NCBI GenBank assembly: GCA_963752285.1
Contig: CAVVXN010000005.1
Coordinates: forward strand, 1,376,001-1,440,000
Source of the DNA: an uncultured Planctomycetota bacterium
Lineage (GTDB): Bacteria > Planctomycetota > PLA2 > JAEUHO01
DNA: 64,000 nucleotides
Reading direction: 5' to 3'
Below, piece after piece: positions 32,407 to 41,977 of the stretch; position 1 is the stretch's first letter; each line of letters opens with the position of its first letter. The position numbers and the translations under genes were made by a program. Below the pieces are notes generated by a model. That model ran no database searches. It was not told the DNA's origin and saw only the letters and a program-made list of their open reading frames with translations.

Positions 32407-33618
32407 CTACCCGAGCGCCGCGGCGAGCGCCGGCGGGAACGTCGCCGCCTCCGCCTCCGTCAGCACGAGCGGCGGGAGGAGGCGGATCTGCTCGGGTCGC
32501 CCGGATCCGCCGACGAGGAACCCCGACGCGCGGAGCCGCTCGACGACCGGGCGCGCCGGCCGGTCCAGGTCCACGCCGAGGAGGAGGCCCTTCCCCTGGA
32601 CGGCGACGACGCCGTGGACCTCGCGAAGCCGACCCGCGAGGAGGCCCCCCACGCGGCCCGCGGCCTCCGGGAGGCGGTCCACGACGATCGTCGTGGCCAC
32701 CGCCGCGATCGCGGCCGCGGCGAGCGGACCGCCGCCGAACGTCGTGCCCTGCTCACCGACCCGGATCCTCGCCGCGAGGTCCTCGCGCACGAAGACGACC
32801 CCGGCGGGAAAGCCGCCGGCGACGCCCTTCGCGCCGGTGATGAGGTCGGGCCGGACGCCCACGCCCTCGCCGAAGAACAGGGTGCCCGTGCGCCCGAAGC
32901 CCGTCTGGACCTCGTCGAACACGAGCAGCGCGCCCGTCCGGTCGCACACGCGGCGGAGCGCGGCGAACCACGCGTCGGGCGCTACGCGGACCCCCCCCAT
33001 CGACGGGATCGGCTCGAGCAGCACGGCGGCGACCTCGTCGGTGACCGCGTCCTCGAGCGCGTCCACGTCGCCGTACGGGACGAAGACGTGGCCGGGGGGC
33101 AGGGGGTACGCGGGGTCGCGGTACGACGCGAGCCCCGTGGCGCCGAGCGCGCCGAGCGTTCGACCGTGGAACCCCTCGCGCATCGAGACGACCTTCGGCC
33201 GTCCCGTGTGCTTGCGCGCGATCTTGAGCGCGGTCTCGTTCGCCTCGGCACCGCTGTTGCACAGGAAGACGCGGCGGAGTCCCTCCGGTGCGAGGTTCGC
33301 GAGCAGGTGGACCGCGCGGGCGCGCACGTCCGAGTAGACGAGGTTGCTGTAGAAGACGAGGCGCCGGGCCTGGGCCTCGAGCGCGCCCAGGAGGCGCGGC
33401 GGGCGGTGGCCGACCAGCGCGACCGCGTGGCCGCCGTACAGGTCGAGGTACCGCCGGCCCTCCGCGTCTACGACGGTCGAGCCCTCGCCCTCTACGAGCA
33501 CGACCGGGATCTTCGCGTACGTAGGGACTTGCCAGAGGTCCTCCTCGCGACGCGCCGCGTCGGCGTCGGCCGGCAGCGGACCGACGAACCGCTCGAGGTC
33601 CTCGCGCGCAGAGCTCAC
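32407..33618 (-). CDS. argD: Acylornithine aminotransferase
   Basis: YLDLYGGHAV, NSGAEANE, FHGRT, FDEVQTGFGRTG, GAKG, GTTFGG. Confidence 0.9.
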   Translation of the reverse strand: MSSAREDLERFVGPLPADADAARREEDLWQVPTYAKIPVVLVEGEGSTVVDAEGRRYLDLYGGHAVALVGHRPPRLLGALEAQARRLVFYSNLVYSDVRARAVHLLANLAPEGLRRVFLCNSGAEANETALKIARKHTGRPKVVSMREGFHGRTLGALGATGLASYRDPAYPLPPGHVFVPYGDVDALEDAVTDEVAAVLLEPIPSMGGVRVAPDAWFAALRRVCDRTGALLVFDEVQTGFGRTGTLFFGEGVGVRPDLITGAKGVAGGFPAGVVFVREDLAARIRVGEQGTTFGGGPLAAAAIAAVATTIVVDRLPEAAGRVGGLLAGRLREVHGVVAVQGKGLLLGVDLDRPARPVVERLRASGFLVGGSGRPEQIRLLPPLVLTEAEAATFPPALAAALG

Positions 33619-34637
33619 AGCCCGAGCCCCGGCCGCGACAGGCCCGCGCGCTCCTCGAGGCCGAACACGAGGTTCAGGTTCTGCACGGCCGCGCCCGCCA
33701 TGCCCTTGCCGAGGTTGTCGAGCGCCACGGTTACGCAGGCCATCTCGTCCTCGACGAGGACGCTCACGTCGGCGAGGTTCGTCCCCACGACCGCGCGGAG
33801 TTCGGGAGGCGCATCGAGGAGGCGCACGAACGGCTCCGCGCCGTACGCCTCCTCGAACGCGGCCCGAACCGCCTCGCGCCCCGCCGTGACGGGGACGAGC
33901 GCCGTCACGTAGATGCCGCGCGCGAACGGCGCGGAGCACGGGACGAAGCCGAGTCGCGTGGCGGGCCCGAGCGCCTGGCGGATCTCCGGGAGGTGCTGGT
34001 GCGCGAGCGGACGGTAGGCCTTGAAGTTCGAGAAGCGCTCCGGGTGGTGGGTCCCCGGCTTCGGCTCGGCGCCGGAGCCGGAGGAGCCCGTGACGCTCGT
34101 GACGCCCGCGGGGCCCGCGAGGAGGCCGCGCGCCGCGAGGGGCCAGAGCGCGAGGATCGTCGCCGTCGCGTGGCAGCCCGGGTTCGCCACGAGGCGCGCG
34201 CCCCGGATCGTCGCCCGCCGGCCGATCTCGGGGAGACCGTACGCGGCCTTTGCGAGGCGTTCGGGGTGCGGGTGCTCGAACCCGTACCAGACGGGGTAGA
34301 GCGTCGGGTCCCCGAGGCGGAAGTCGCCGGAGAGGTCGATCACGACCAGGTCCGGCGCCTCGTCGAGCAGGCGCGGCGTCTCCTCCGCCGAGACCCCGTG
34401 CGGACGCGCCTGGAACACGACGTCCACGGAGCGGGCGATCTCGAGGACCCGTCCCGGCTCCTCGCGCGTCAGCTCGAGGTCGGTGAAGCCCCGGAGGTGC
34501 GGGTGCACCGCGGCCACGGGGCCCACGCGACTCCGACTCGTGACGGCCACGACCTCGACCTCGGGGTGGTCGAGGAGGAGACGGACGAGCTCCATCCCCC
34601 CGTAGCCGGTGCCTCCGAAGATCGCGGCCCGGATCAT
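33615..34637 (-). CDS. argC: N-acyl-gamma-glutamyl-phosphate reductase
   Basis: GGTGYGG, IDLSGDFR, YGLPE, ANPGCH, HQHLPEI, DNLGKG.AG.AVQ. Confidence 0.94.
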   Translation of the reverse strand: MIRAAIFGGTGYGGMELVRLLLDHPEVEVVAVTSRSRVGPVAAVHPHLRGFTDLELTREEPGRVLEIARSVDVVFQARPHGVSAEETPRLLDEAPDLVVIDLSGDFRLGDPTLYPVWYGFEHPHPERLAKAAYGLPEIGRRATIRGARLVANPGCHATATILALWPLAARGLLAGPAGVTSVTGSSGSGAEPKPGTHHPERFSNFKAYRPLAHQHLPEIRQALGPATRLGFVPCSAPFARGIYVTALVPVTAGREAVRAAFEEAYGAEPFVRLLDAPPELRAVVGTNLADVSVLVEDEMACVTVALDNLGKGMAGAAVQNLNLVFGLEERAGLSRPGLGL

Positions 34638-35569
34638 CCGACGGCGAGGGCCTTCACTTCCTCGATGCCTTGCGAGACGGACGCGGCCGACTTCTGGAGC
34701 GCGGCCGTCTCCTCGGCGTCGAGCGGCAGCTCGACGATGCGCTTCACGCCGCGCGCGCCGAGGGCCACGGGCAGGCCGCAGTACGTGCCGTGGAGCCCGT
34801 AGACGCCGTCCGCCCACGTGCTGCAGGGCAGGATCCTGCCGCTGTCGTGGAGGATCGCCTCGGCCATCACGACCGCGCTCGAGCCCGGCGCGTAGTACGC
34901 GCTGCCGGTCCCGAGGAGCTTCACGATCTCGCCGCCGCCCTTGCGCGTGCGGTCCACGATCGCCGCGAGGCGGTCCTTCGGGACCAGCTCGGTCACGGTC
35001 ACGCCGTTCACGGTGCTGAAGCGCGGGAGCGGGACCATCGTGTCGCCGTGGCCGCCGAGGACCATCGCCTTGACGTCCTTCGGCGAGCAGCCGACCTCCA
35101 TCGCGATGAAGGCCGCGAAGCGCGCGGAGTCGAGCATGCCGGCCATGCCGACGACGCGGCCCGGCTCGAAGCCGGACTCCTGCTGGACCACCCACGTCAT
35201 CACGTCGAGGGGGTTCGTGACGGTGACCACGACGGCGTCGGGGGCCTGCTCCCGCAGGATGCGGCCGGCCGAGCGTGCGATCTCGACGTTCTTCCGGAGC
35301 AGGTCCATGCGGTCCATGCCGGGCTTGCGGGGGAAGCCGGCCGCGACGATCACGACCTCCGAGCCCTCGAGGACCGCGGGGTCGTGCGACCCGGTGATCC
35401 GCGCGTCGTAGGCGAGCACGGGGCCCGCCTGGGTCATGTCCAGGGCCTTGCCGGCGGGAACGCCCTCGCAGATGTCGTACAGCGCCACGTCGCCGAGGTC
35501 CCGCGTCGCCGCCACGAACGCCGCCGTGGCGCCCACGTTGCCGCCGCCCAGGATGCCGATCTTCCGCAT
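34634..35569 (-). CDS. mdh: Malate dehydrogenase (LDH-like type)
   Basis: GGGNVG, GKALD, PRKPGMDRMDL (Arg specificity loop), TNPLD, LDSARF, GGHGD. Confidence 0.94.
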   Translation of the reverse strand: MRKIGILGGGNVGATAAFVAATRDLGDVALYDICEGVPAGKALDMTQAGPVLAYDARITGSHDPAVLEGSEVVIVAAGFPRKPGMDRMDLLRKNVEIARSAGRILREQAPDAVVVTVTNPLDVMTWVVQQESGFEPGRVVGMAGMLDSARFAAFIAMEVGCSPKDVKAMVLGGHGDTMVPLPRFSTVNGVTVTELVPKDRLAAIVDRTRKGGGEIVKLLGTGSAYYAPGSSAVVMAEAILHDSGRILPCSTWADGVYGLHGTYCGLPVALGARGVKRIVELPLDAEETAALQKSAASVSQGIEEVKALAVG

Positions 35570-35712
35570 CGTCGCTCCTCGTCGGACCCGGGGATGGGCC
35601 CCTCGCGAGGATAGGAGCCTCCCCGCGCACCCCCAAGGCGAGCCGGGGGCGCGAAGGGGACCGGGACCGTAGACCGCGCGGGCCGGCCGCGGTCCCCGGG
35701 GGCGCGAGGGAC

Positions 35713-37149
35713 TCAGAGGAGCGGGGCGAGGAGGCGGGCGCCGCCCGAGAGGAGACGGCGGACTCGGGAGCGGGCGGCGAGGCCGTCCAGGGTGTAGGGG
35801 GTGGACCGCGCGAGGATCCGCCCGAGCGCGTCCTCGAGCTCCGACACCTCGCGCGCGCCGTCCAGGACGGCCATCTGCTCGAAGTTCAGGTGGAGCGAGC
35901 GGTTGTCGAGGTTGGCGGTGCCGATCATCCCCCAGGCGCCGTCTACCGCGACCGCCTTCGCGTGCATCATGCCCGGCCGGTACCCGTGGACCCGGACGCC
36001 GGCCTCGAGGAGCTCGCTCATCATCCACTCGCCGCAGAGCTGCGCGATCCGGATGTCGCCGGGCGGCCACTGGGTCACGATGTCCACCTCGACCCCGGAG
36101 CGGGCCGCCGACGCGAGGGCGTCGCGGAGCGTGGGGTCGGGCACCAGGTACGGCGTCGCGACGAGGATCCGCGTCCTCGCCCGCACGAACGCCCCGAAGA
36201 ACGCCTCGCGGATCGCGTTCACGTCCTGGTGCGGCCCCCCCGGCAGGATCTGGACGGTCGCGTCGCCCGCAGGCTCGAGCCGGGGGTAGTAGGCCGGGGC
36301 GGCGAGCAGCGCGCCCGTGGCGAAGTCCCAGTCGTCCACGAACATCCGCTGGAGGTCCACGACGCTCGGCCCGCGGAGCTCGACGTGGAGGTCGCACCAG
36401 TCCCGGCCCCGCCCGTAGCGGCCGAGGTACTCGGCGCCCACGTTCAGGCCGCCGAAGAACGCGACGCGCCCGTCGCAGACGACCGTCTTCCGGTGGTTTC
36501 TGAGGTTCGGCGTGACGCGCTTCCCGAAGGGCCGCACGGGGAGGAACTCGGCGAGCTCGCCGCCGGCCCGCTCGAGGCGGCGGAACATGCGCCGCGCCCC
36601 CATCGAGCCGATCGCGTCCACGAGCACGCGGACCTCGACGCCCGCCCGCGCCCGCTCGGCCAGGAGCTCGGTCGCGTACCGACCGAGGTCGTCGTCGCGC
36701 ACGATGTAGAACTCGACGTGCACGTGGTGCTCGGCGGCCCGGACCGCGTCCTCCATGGCCTGGAAGGCGGCGATGCCCTCCGTGTAGAGGACGAGCCGGT
36801 TCCCCGTCCGTCGCGGCCCCTCGCCGAGGTCCTCGAGCACACGACCGAGCCGACGCCACGGCGGGTCGGCCCCGTCGCCGCCCTCCGTCTCGCCCGGCGC
36901 GGGGAGCCGGCGCGCGAACGACTCATGGTGGCGGATGCGACGGCGGAGGCGCCGCGGCACGCGGTTCGAGCCGAACACGAGGAACAGCCCGAGCCCGAGT
37001 CCCGGCAGGAACACGATCGCGAGGGACCACCCGAGCGCGGCCGCCGGCTCGCGACGTCGGAGGAGGGCCGCCACCACGCCGGCCACCATGAGGACGAGCC
37101 AGAGCCAGCCGAAGACGCCGAGGAGCCACGATCCGATCGCGGCGACCAC
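35713..37149 (-). CDS. cls: Cardiolipin synthase (PLD family)
   Basis: Two N-terminal TM segments; HKD motifs NHRKTVVCDG and MHAKAVAVDG; ANLDNRS. Confidence 0.9.
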   Translation of the reverse strand: MVAAIGSWLLGVFGWLWLVLMVAGVVAALLRRREPAAALGWSLAIVFLPGLGLGLFLVFGSNRVPRRLRRRIRHHESFARRLPAPGETEGGDGADPPWRRLGRVLEDLGEGPRRTGNRLVLYTEGIAAFQAMEDAVRAAEHHVHVEFYIVRDDDLGRYATELLAERARAGVEVRVLVDAIGSMGARRMFRRLERAGGELAEFLPVRPFGKRVTPNLRNHRKTVVCDGRVAFFGGLNVGAEYLGRYGRGRDWCDLHVELRGPSVVDLQRMFVDDWDFATGALLAAPAYYPRLEPAGDATVQILPGGPHQDVNAIREAFFGAFVRARTRILVATPYLVPDPTLRDALASAARSGVEVDIVTQWPPGDIRIAQLCGEWMMSELLEAGVRVHGYRPGMMHAKAVAVDGAWGMIGTANLDNRSLHLNFEQMAVLDGAREVSELEDALGRILARSTPYTLDGLAARSRVRRLLSGGARLLAPLL

Positions 37150-37158
37150 CGGACCGGC

Positions 37159-38664
37159 TCAACGCACGTTCGGCGAGCGGACGATCGGCGGAGGAGGAGG
37201 CGGCGGCGGCGGCGGGCTCGACGCCCCGGAACCGCCGGAGGGCACGCCGCTGGAGCCGGCGGGCACGGACGCGCCCGGCGGCGACGACGCGCGCGGCGAC
37301 GACGCGCGCGGCGCGTTCTCCTCGAGCAGCCGCGTCAGCCGCTCCTCGAGTGCGTGGTAGTCCTCGACGCTCGACTGGAACGACGCGAGCGCCCGACGGA
37401 GCAACGCCTGGGCCTCGGGGTCCGCGGGCGGCGAGCGGAGGGCGTCGCGGACGGTGGCGGCCGCGCGGTCCATGCGCTCCATCGCACGCACGTAGCTCTG
37501 CATGGTGGCGCGCAGGTTGTCGAACGCGACCTCCTCGCCGGAGGGCTCGTTCAGGAGGACCCACGGCTGCGACCGGATCTTCTCGGTCGCGTCCACGAGG
37601 TTCTGGCCCGCGTCGGTCAAGAGGTTCATGAGGCCGTGCACGTCGGTGCCCACGCCCTCGAGCAGCCGGGAGACGCGCGGGCCGTTGGAGCGGAGGTCGT
37701 CCGAGAGCGCGGCGAGGTTCGTGCCCACCCGCCCCACGTCGTCCAGGAACGCGTCGAGCTTGGGGCCGGCCTTCGCGACGATCGCGTCGAGCCGCCCCGT
37801 CGTGGTCTTCATCCGGCCGAGGATCTCCCCCACGTCCTTGTCGGCGTTCTCGGCGAGGTGCGCGCCGCTCGCCGCCATCCGGCGGAAGTCGGCGAGGGTC
37901 GCCGTGAGGCCGTCGGCGATGCCGCCGATCCGGTCCCCGAGGGTCGTCGCGGTGGCGCGGAGCGACGCGGTCGCCGCCGCGACGTCGTCGAGGGCTTGCT
38001 TGACCTTCTCGCTCTCGATGACGTTCTTGCGCAACGAGGAGATCGTGTCGCGCGCCTCGTCCGCGGCCGCGCCGGCCTTTTGGAAGGTCGTACGCGCCTC
38101 GCCGATGAGCCCCTTCAGGTCCTCCGCCACCTCGTCCGCGCGCTCCGCGATCTCGGTGAGGCCCGGGGACTGGAGCACGCGGATCGGGCTCTTCGCGATC
38201 TCCTCGTCCGAGAGGTTCTGCCGGGACAGCCCGGGGACCAGACGGAGGTTCCGCGAGCCGGTGATCGTCTCGCTGATCTTCCCCGCCGTGCCGACGGGGA
38301 CGACGAGGTCCGCGCGCACCTCGGCGACGGCGAGGACGTACGTCACGCGGGCCGCGGCGTCCGGAGGCAAGGTCTCGAGGCCCGACTCGAGGAGGAGCTG
38401 CTGTCGCTCGGAGCTCGTGAGCTCGTCGCCGCGGTGGACCTCCGTCCGGAACGCGACGTCCTTCACCTTGCCCACCTCGACGCCGCCCACGTTGATCGGG
38501 TCGCCCGCCCGCGGCGCGAGCGCGCCCGGTTCGATCCAGAGCGTGAGGGTGCGCCAGTGGCCGAAGACGCGTCCCCCGGTCGCGAGGAGGAGGAGCGCGA
38601 CCAGCACGCCGCTCGCGACCAGCACGACGAGACCGGCCTTGACCTCGGCGCTCCGAGACTGCAT
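37159..38664 (-). CDS. MlaD/MCE-domain protein with a long helical C-terminal region
   Basis: EVKAGLVVL TM, GDPINVGGVEVGKV, long heptad-rich region, EKIRSQPWVLL. Confidence 0.85.
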   Translation of the reverse strand: MQSRSAEVKAGLVVLVASGVLVALLLLATGGRVFGHWRTLTLWIEPGALAPRAGDPINVGGVEVGKVKDVAFRTEVHRGDELTSSERQQLLLESGLETLPPDAAARVTYVLAVAEVRADLVVPVGTAGKISETITGSRNLRLVPGLSRQNLSDEEIAKSPIRVLQSPGLTEIAERADEVAEDLKGLIGEARTTFQKAGAAADEARDTISSLRKNVIESEKVKQALDDVAAATASLRATATTLGDRIGGIADGLTATLADFRRMAASGAHLAENADKDVGEILGRMKTTTGRLDAIVAKAGPKLDAFLDDVGRVGTNLAALSDDLRSNGPRVSRLLEGVGTDVHGLMNLLTDAGQNLVDATEKIRSQPWVLLNEPSGEEVAFDNLRATMQSYVRAMERMDRAAATVRDALRSPPADPEAQALLRRALASFQSSVEDYHALEERLTRLLEENAPRASSPRASSPPGASVPAGSSGVPSGGSGASSPPPPPPPPPPIVRSPNVR

Positions 38665-38785
38665 CCGTACGTGCCCTCGCCCCGTCCGCCCGCTGCCGAC
38701 CGGACCGTCCTCGACCTCCCAGCGCCACCAATCCTAGCAGGCCGCCCGGTCCCGCCCGGCGTTCCTCGTCTCGGGCCTCGGCGGA

Positions 38786-38810
38786 CCCGGCGGGGACCCG
38801 CGCGGTCCAC
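38786..38810. repeat. 25-bp intergenic element, copy 1 (REP-like)
   Basis: CCCGGCGGGGACCCGCGCGGTCCAC, identical at 58168-58192. Confidence 0.75.
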
Positions 38811-38832
38811 CCGCGACTCGATCCCCGGCTCG

Positions 38833-39648
38833 TCAGAGGCGGAAGAGCAGGAAGTAGTTGAGGATCGCGTCCGTGATGATGATCGCGATGATCGACGTCA
38901 CGACCGCGTTCGTCGTGACGCGCCCGACGCCCTCCGCACCGCCCTTCACCTGGAAGCCCTGGTAGCAGCCGACCGTCCCGATGATCGTCCCGAAGACCGC
39001 GGCCTTGAAGAGGCCGCGCCACACGTCCGACCCGGTGAGCTGCGTCCAGGCCTGTTCGAAGAAGATCTGCGGCGAGAGCCCGAGCACGCCGACGGCGACG
39101 ATCAGGCCCCCGAGGATCCCCAGGACGTCTCCGAGCAGCGTGACGCAGGGGATCATCACCATGGTCGCCAGAACGCGCGGCGCCACGATGTAGCGCACGG
39201 GGTTCAGCGCCATCGTCTGCATGGCGGTCGTCTCCTCCGTGACGACCATCGTCCCGATCTCCGCCGCGAAGGCCGCGCCGATGTAGCCGGTCATGATGAT
39301 GCCGGTCAGGAGCGGCCCCAGCTCGAGCACGACCCCCACGCTCATCAGGTTGCCGACGTAGCGCGTGAACCCGAGCGTCAGGAGGATGTTCCCGCCGATC
39401 AGCGCGAGGATCAGCCCCACGAACAGGTTCACCAGGAACACCACGCCGAGCGACTGCGGCCCCACCCGGAGCGACTGGGCCACGAAGTCGCGCTCGCGAA
39501 CCGGCCGCCCGCGCCAGGGCCCGACCGCCGCGTGGTAGAGGGCGGCCCGGAGCATCAGGAACACCCCGCCCACGAAACGGGCCAGCCCGAGGGACCGCGC
39601 GCCGAGGGCGGCGACCGGACCGGAGGACCTGGAGGCGGGCTCGGCCAC
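38833..39648 (-). CDS. MlaE family ABC permease
   Basis: ELGPLLTGII, AEIGTM.VTEE..AM..M..NP, GGAEGVGRVTTNAVV. Confidence 0.93.
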   Translation of the reverse strand: MAEPASRSSGPVAALGARSLGLARFVGGVFLMLRAALYHAAVGPWRGRPVRERDFVAQSLRVGPQSLGVVFLVNLFVGLILALIGGNILLTLGFTRYVGNLMSVGVVLELGPLLTGIIMTGYIGAAFAAEIGTMVVTEETTAMQTMALNPVRYIVAPRVLATMVMIPCVTLLGDVLGILGGLIVAVGVLGLSPQIFFEQAWTQLTGSDVWRGLFKAAVFGTIIGTVGCYQGFQVKGGAEGVGRVTTNAVVTSIIAIIITDAILNYFLLFRL

Positions 39649-39653
39649 GGCGT

Positions 39654-39983
39654 TCAGACCCGGAGGGCCTCGTCGCGCGTCTCGCGGATGTCGAAGATCG
39701 AGGTCAGGTTCGAGAGGCGGAACAGGTTCTTCACGCCGGGCGCGAGACCGACGAGCCGGAGCTTCCCGCCGTACCGGCCGGCTCCCTGCAGCGCCTCGAT
39801 GAGCGTCGCGAGCCCGCTCGAGTCGATGAAGGAAACCGACGTGAGGTCGGCGACGAGCGGCGTCGCGCGCCGGTCGAGGGCCTGCCTCAGGTGCTGCCGG
39901 AGCTCGGGGCTCGTGTGCATGTCCACCTGACCTTCCACGATCAGGAGGATGGCGGATCCATGGTCTTCACGTTGCACGTTCAT
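39654..39983 (-). CDS. STAS-domain anti-sigma factor antagonist
   Basis: GQVD..TSPELR, DLTSVSFIDSSGLATL with the phospho-acceptor Ser. Confidence 0.92.
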   Translation of the reverse strand: MNVQREDHGSAILLIVEGQVDMHTSPELRQHLRQALDRRATPLVADLTSVSFIDSSGLATLIEALQGAGRYGGKLRLVGLAPGVKNLFRLSNLTSIFDIRETRDEALRV

Positions 39984-40441
39984 CGGGGGTGGTCCTCGGG
40001 GGGGGGCGACGGCTCGGGCTCCGCTCGGCGCCTGAGGAGGGTGAGCGTCGTGCCCCCGTGCTCGTTCTTGCGGTACTCGACGCTGTCCATCGTGGATCGC
40101 ATCAGGTGGACGCCCAGGCCGCCCGGTCTCAGGTCTTCGAGCGCGCGCGACCGGATCTGCGCCGGGTCCACGAACTCGCCGTAGTCCTCGATCTCGAGGC
40201 GGAACGTGCCCGGCGGGGCGTAGAGCCGGAGGTCGATCGCCTGGTCGGTGGCGCCCCGGTACCCGTGACGCATCACGTTCGTCACGCCCTCGGTGACGCC
40301 GAGGACGATGCGCTCGCGGTCCTCGCCCCGGAAGCCGGCGGCCTCGGCGCCCTCGGCGGCGAGCGCCCGGACGAGGGGCAGGAAGCGCGGGTGGCTGGGG
40401 AGCCGGACGAAGACCTCGTCCGGGCGGGCGGAGGTGCTCAC
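39980..40441 (-). CDS. RsbW/SpoIIAB-like anti-sigma Ser kinase (HATPase_c_2)
   Basis: EGVTNVMRHGY, IEDYG, GGLGVHLM..MD.V.Y, GTTLTL; GTGA/ATGA overlaps with both neighbours. Confidence 0.9.
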   Translation of the reverse strand: MSTSARPDEVFVRLPSHPRFLPLVRALAAEGAEAAGFRGEDRERIVLGVTEGVTNVMRHGYRGATDQAIDLRLYAPPGTFRLEIEDYGEFVDPAQIRSRALEDLRPGGLGVHLMRSTMDSVEYRKNEHGGTTLTLLRRRAEPEPSPPPEDHPR

Positions 40442-40812
40442 GGGGTGCCTCCCGGTCGGGTCGCCGACGCGCCGCCGTTCGCGGCCCACCACGCCCGCCA
40501 GTCCCGGATCGCCTCGCGCTGCGACTCCGGCGGCGCCCAGGGGACGTAGGAGGTGTGGTGTCCCGTCAGCTTCTCCAGGCTCCCGCTCGCGGCGAGCCGC
40601 ACGGCCGGGTCCTCGTCGTCGAGGAGACCGATCAGGTCGGGCACGCGCTCGCGGTCGGCGTGCGCCCGCACCAGGAGCACCGCGCGCGTGCGCCGCGCCG
40701 GGTCGGGGTCCGTGAGGCCCTCCTCGACCTGGAGCGGGCGTCGTGCCGTGCCTCCGCATCCGAGGACGAGGAGAAGGGACAGGGCGGCGACCCGTCCACC
40801 CCTGATCGCCAT
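40438..40812 (-). CDS. HEAT-repeat lipoprotein
   Basis: Lipobox VLG-C; VPDLIGLLDDEDPAVRLAA..L..LTG...W..WW. Confidence 0.8.
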   Translation of the reverse strand: MAIRGGRVAALSLLLVLGCGGTARRPLQVEEGLTDPDPARRTRAVLLVRAHADRERVPDLIGLLDDEDPAVRLAASGSLEKLTGHHTSYVPWAPPESQREAIRDWRAWWAANGGASATRPGGTP

Positions 40813-40848
40813 CGAGCGGCCTCCCGCGGCCCACCCGGCCGCGGGCGG

Positions 40849-40877
40849 ATTCTCGGCCTATCCATGGGCATCGTCAA
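40849..40877 (-). promoter_or_regulatory. sigma70-like promoter for the HEAT-RsbW-STAS-MlaE-MlaD-cls operon
   Basis: TTGACG-N17-GAGAAT on the minus strand; the -35 overlaps the SDR stop codon. Confidence 0.5.
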
Positions 40878-41887
40878 CGTGCCGGAACGTTTCCCCGGCG
40901 TCCCGCGGGCGCGAGCCAGCCCGCCTCGCGGTACCAGACCGCGGTCCGCCGGGTGCCCTCGGCGGCGCCGACCTCGGCGTGCCAACCGACGTCCGCACGG
41001 AGCGCGTCCGCGCTGCACACGTACGCCGTGCCTCCGAGCTCGAGGACGCGCTGGCGGTTCAGGAGCGGCGCCCGGCGCTGGAGCTGGCCCACGACCTCCG
41101 AGGCCGAGGCGAGCAGGCGGAGCGTGCTGTCCGGCACGCGGACGAGGCGCGCGGGCCGCCCCACCGCCCGCGCCACGTGGGCCAGGAAGTCCTCGACGGG
41201 GAGGCGCTCCGGGTGCGTGAGGAAGTACGTCCGCCCGACCGAGGTCGGGTGCCGCGCCGCGGCGAGCATGCCCGCCGCGACGTCCTCGGCGTAGACGAAG
41301 TGGTAGGTGCGGCCCCCGTCCCCCAGCCGCGGCAGGATCCCCCGCGCCGCGGCCTTGAACACGGCGAGGAAGTCGCGGTCGTAGGGACCGTACACGGCCG
41401 GGGGACGCAGGATCGTCCACGCGATCCCGTCGGACTCGAGGCGCACCACCTCCTCGGCGACGCGCTTGCTCTCCCCGTACCAGGTGACCGGGCGACAGGG
41501 GTCCCCCTCCCGCAGGTCGTGACCGTCTGGTGACGGCCCCGCCGCGGCGAGGCTCGAGCAGAGGACGAAGCGGCCCGCGAGCCCCGCGCGCCGCGCCGCG
41601 CGGACCAGCGACCGCGTCGCCTCGACGTTCGTCTCGAACATCTCGCGGCGCGTGCGCGAGCGCGTCAGCGCCGCGAGGTGGTAGACCTCGTCCACGCCGC
41701 GAACCGCCCGGGCCACCGCGTCGGGGTCGCGGACGTCGCCGGGCACCATCTCGACCTCGAGGCCCGCGAGCGTCTCGGGACGGGTGCGGCGTCGCGAGAG
41801 GCAGCGGACCGCGTCGCCCTCGGCGAGGAGGTGCCGAACGAGGTGACTCCCCACGAAGCCGTGGCCACCGGTCAACAGGACCCGCAT
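40874..41887 (-). CDS. NAD(P)-dependent epimerase/dehydratase (extended SDR); candidate ceramide/3-ketosphinganine reductase
   Basis: TGGHGFVG, HLAA, SSLAA, YGESK, RPPAVYGP. Confidence 0.85.
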   Translation of the reverse strand: MRVLLTGGHGFVGSHLVRHLLAEGDAVRCLSRRRTRPETLAGLEVEMVPGDVRDPDAVARAVRGVDEVYHLAALTRSRTRREMFETNVEATRSLVRAARRAGLAGRFVLCSSLAAAGPSPDGHDLREGDPCRPVTWYGESKRVAEEVVRLESDGIAWTILRPPAVYGPYDRDFLAVFKAAARGILPRLGDGGRTYHFVYAEDVAAGMLAAARHPTSVGRTYFLTHPERLPVEDFLAHVARAVGRPARLVRVPDSTLRLLASASEVVGQLQRRAPLLNRQRVLELGGTAYVCSADALRADVGWHAEVGAAEGTRRTAVWYREAGWLAPAGRRGNVPAR

Positions 41888-41949
41888 CCGACCGAGCATA
41901 GCGGCGGCGCCGCTCGCGAGGTGCCGCCGCGGGGGCCACCAGGGCCAAG

Positions 41950-41977
41950 TTGACGGGGAGGGGGCGGTCCCTACCAT
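41950..41977 (+). promoter_or_regulatory. sigma70-like promoter for spt-bCerS
   Basis: TTGACG-N16-TACCAT. Confidence 0.45.

Noticed and set aside
27878..34637. LysW-dependent lysine/arginine pathway
   Set aside because: No lysW or lysX/argX gene; ArgF' and ArgH point to an N-acyl arginine pathway
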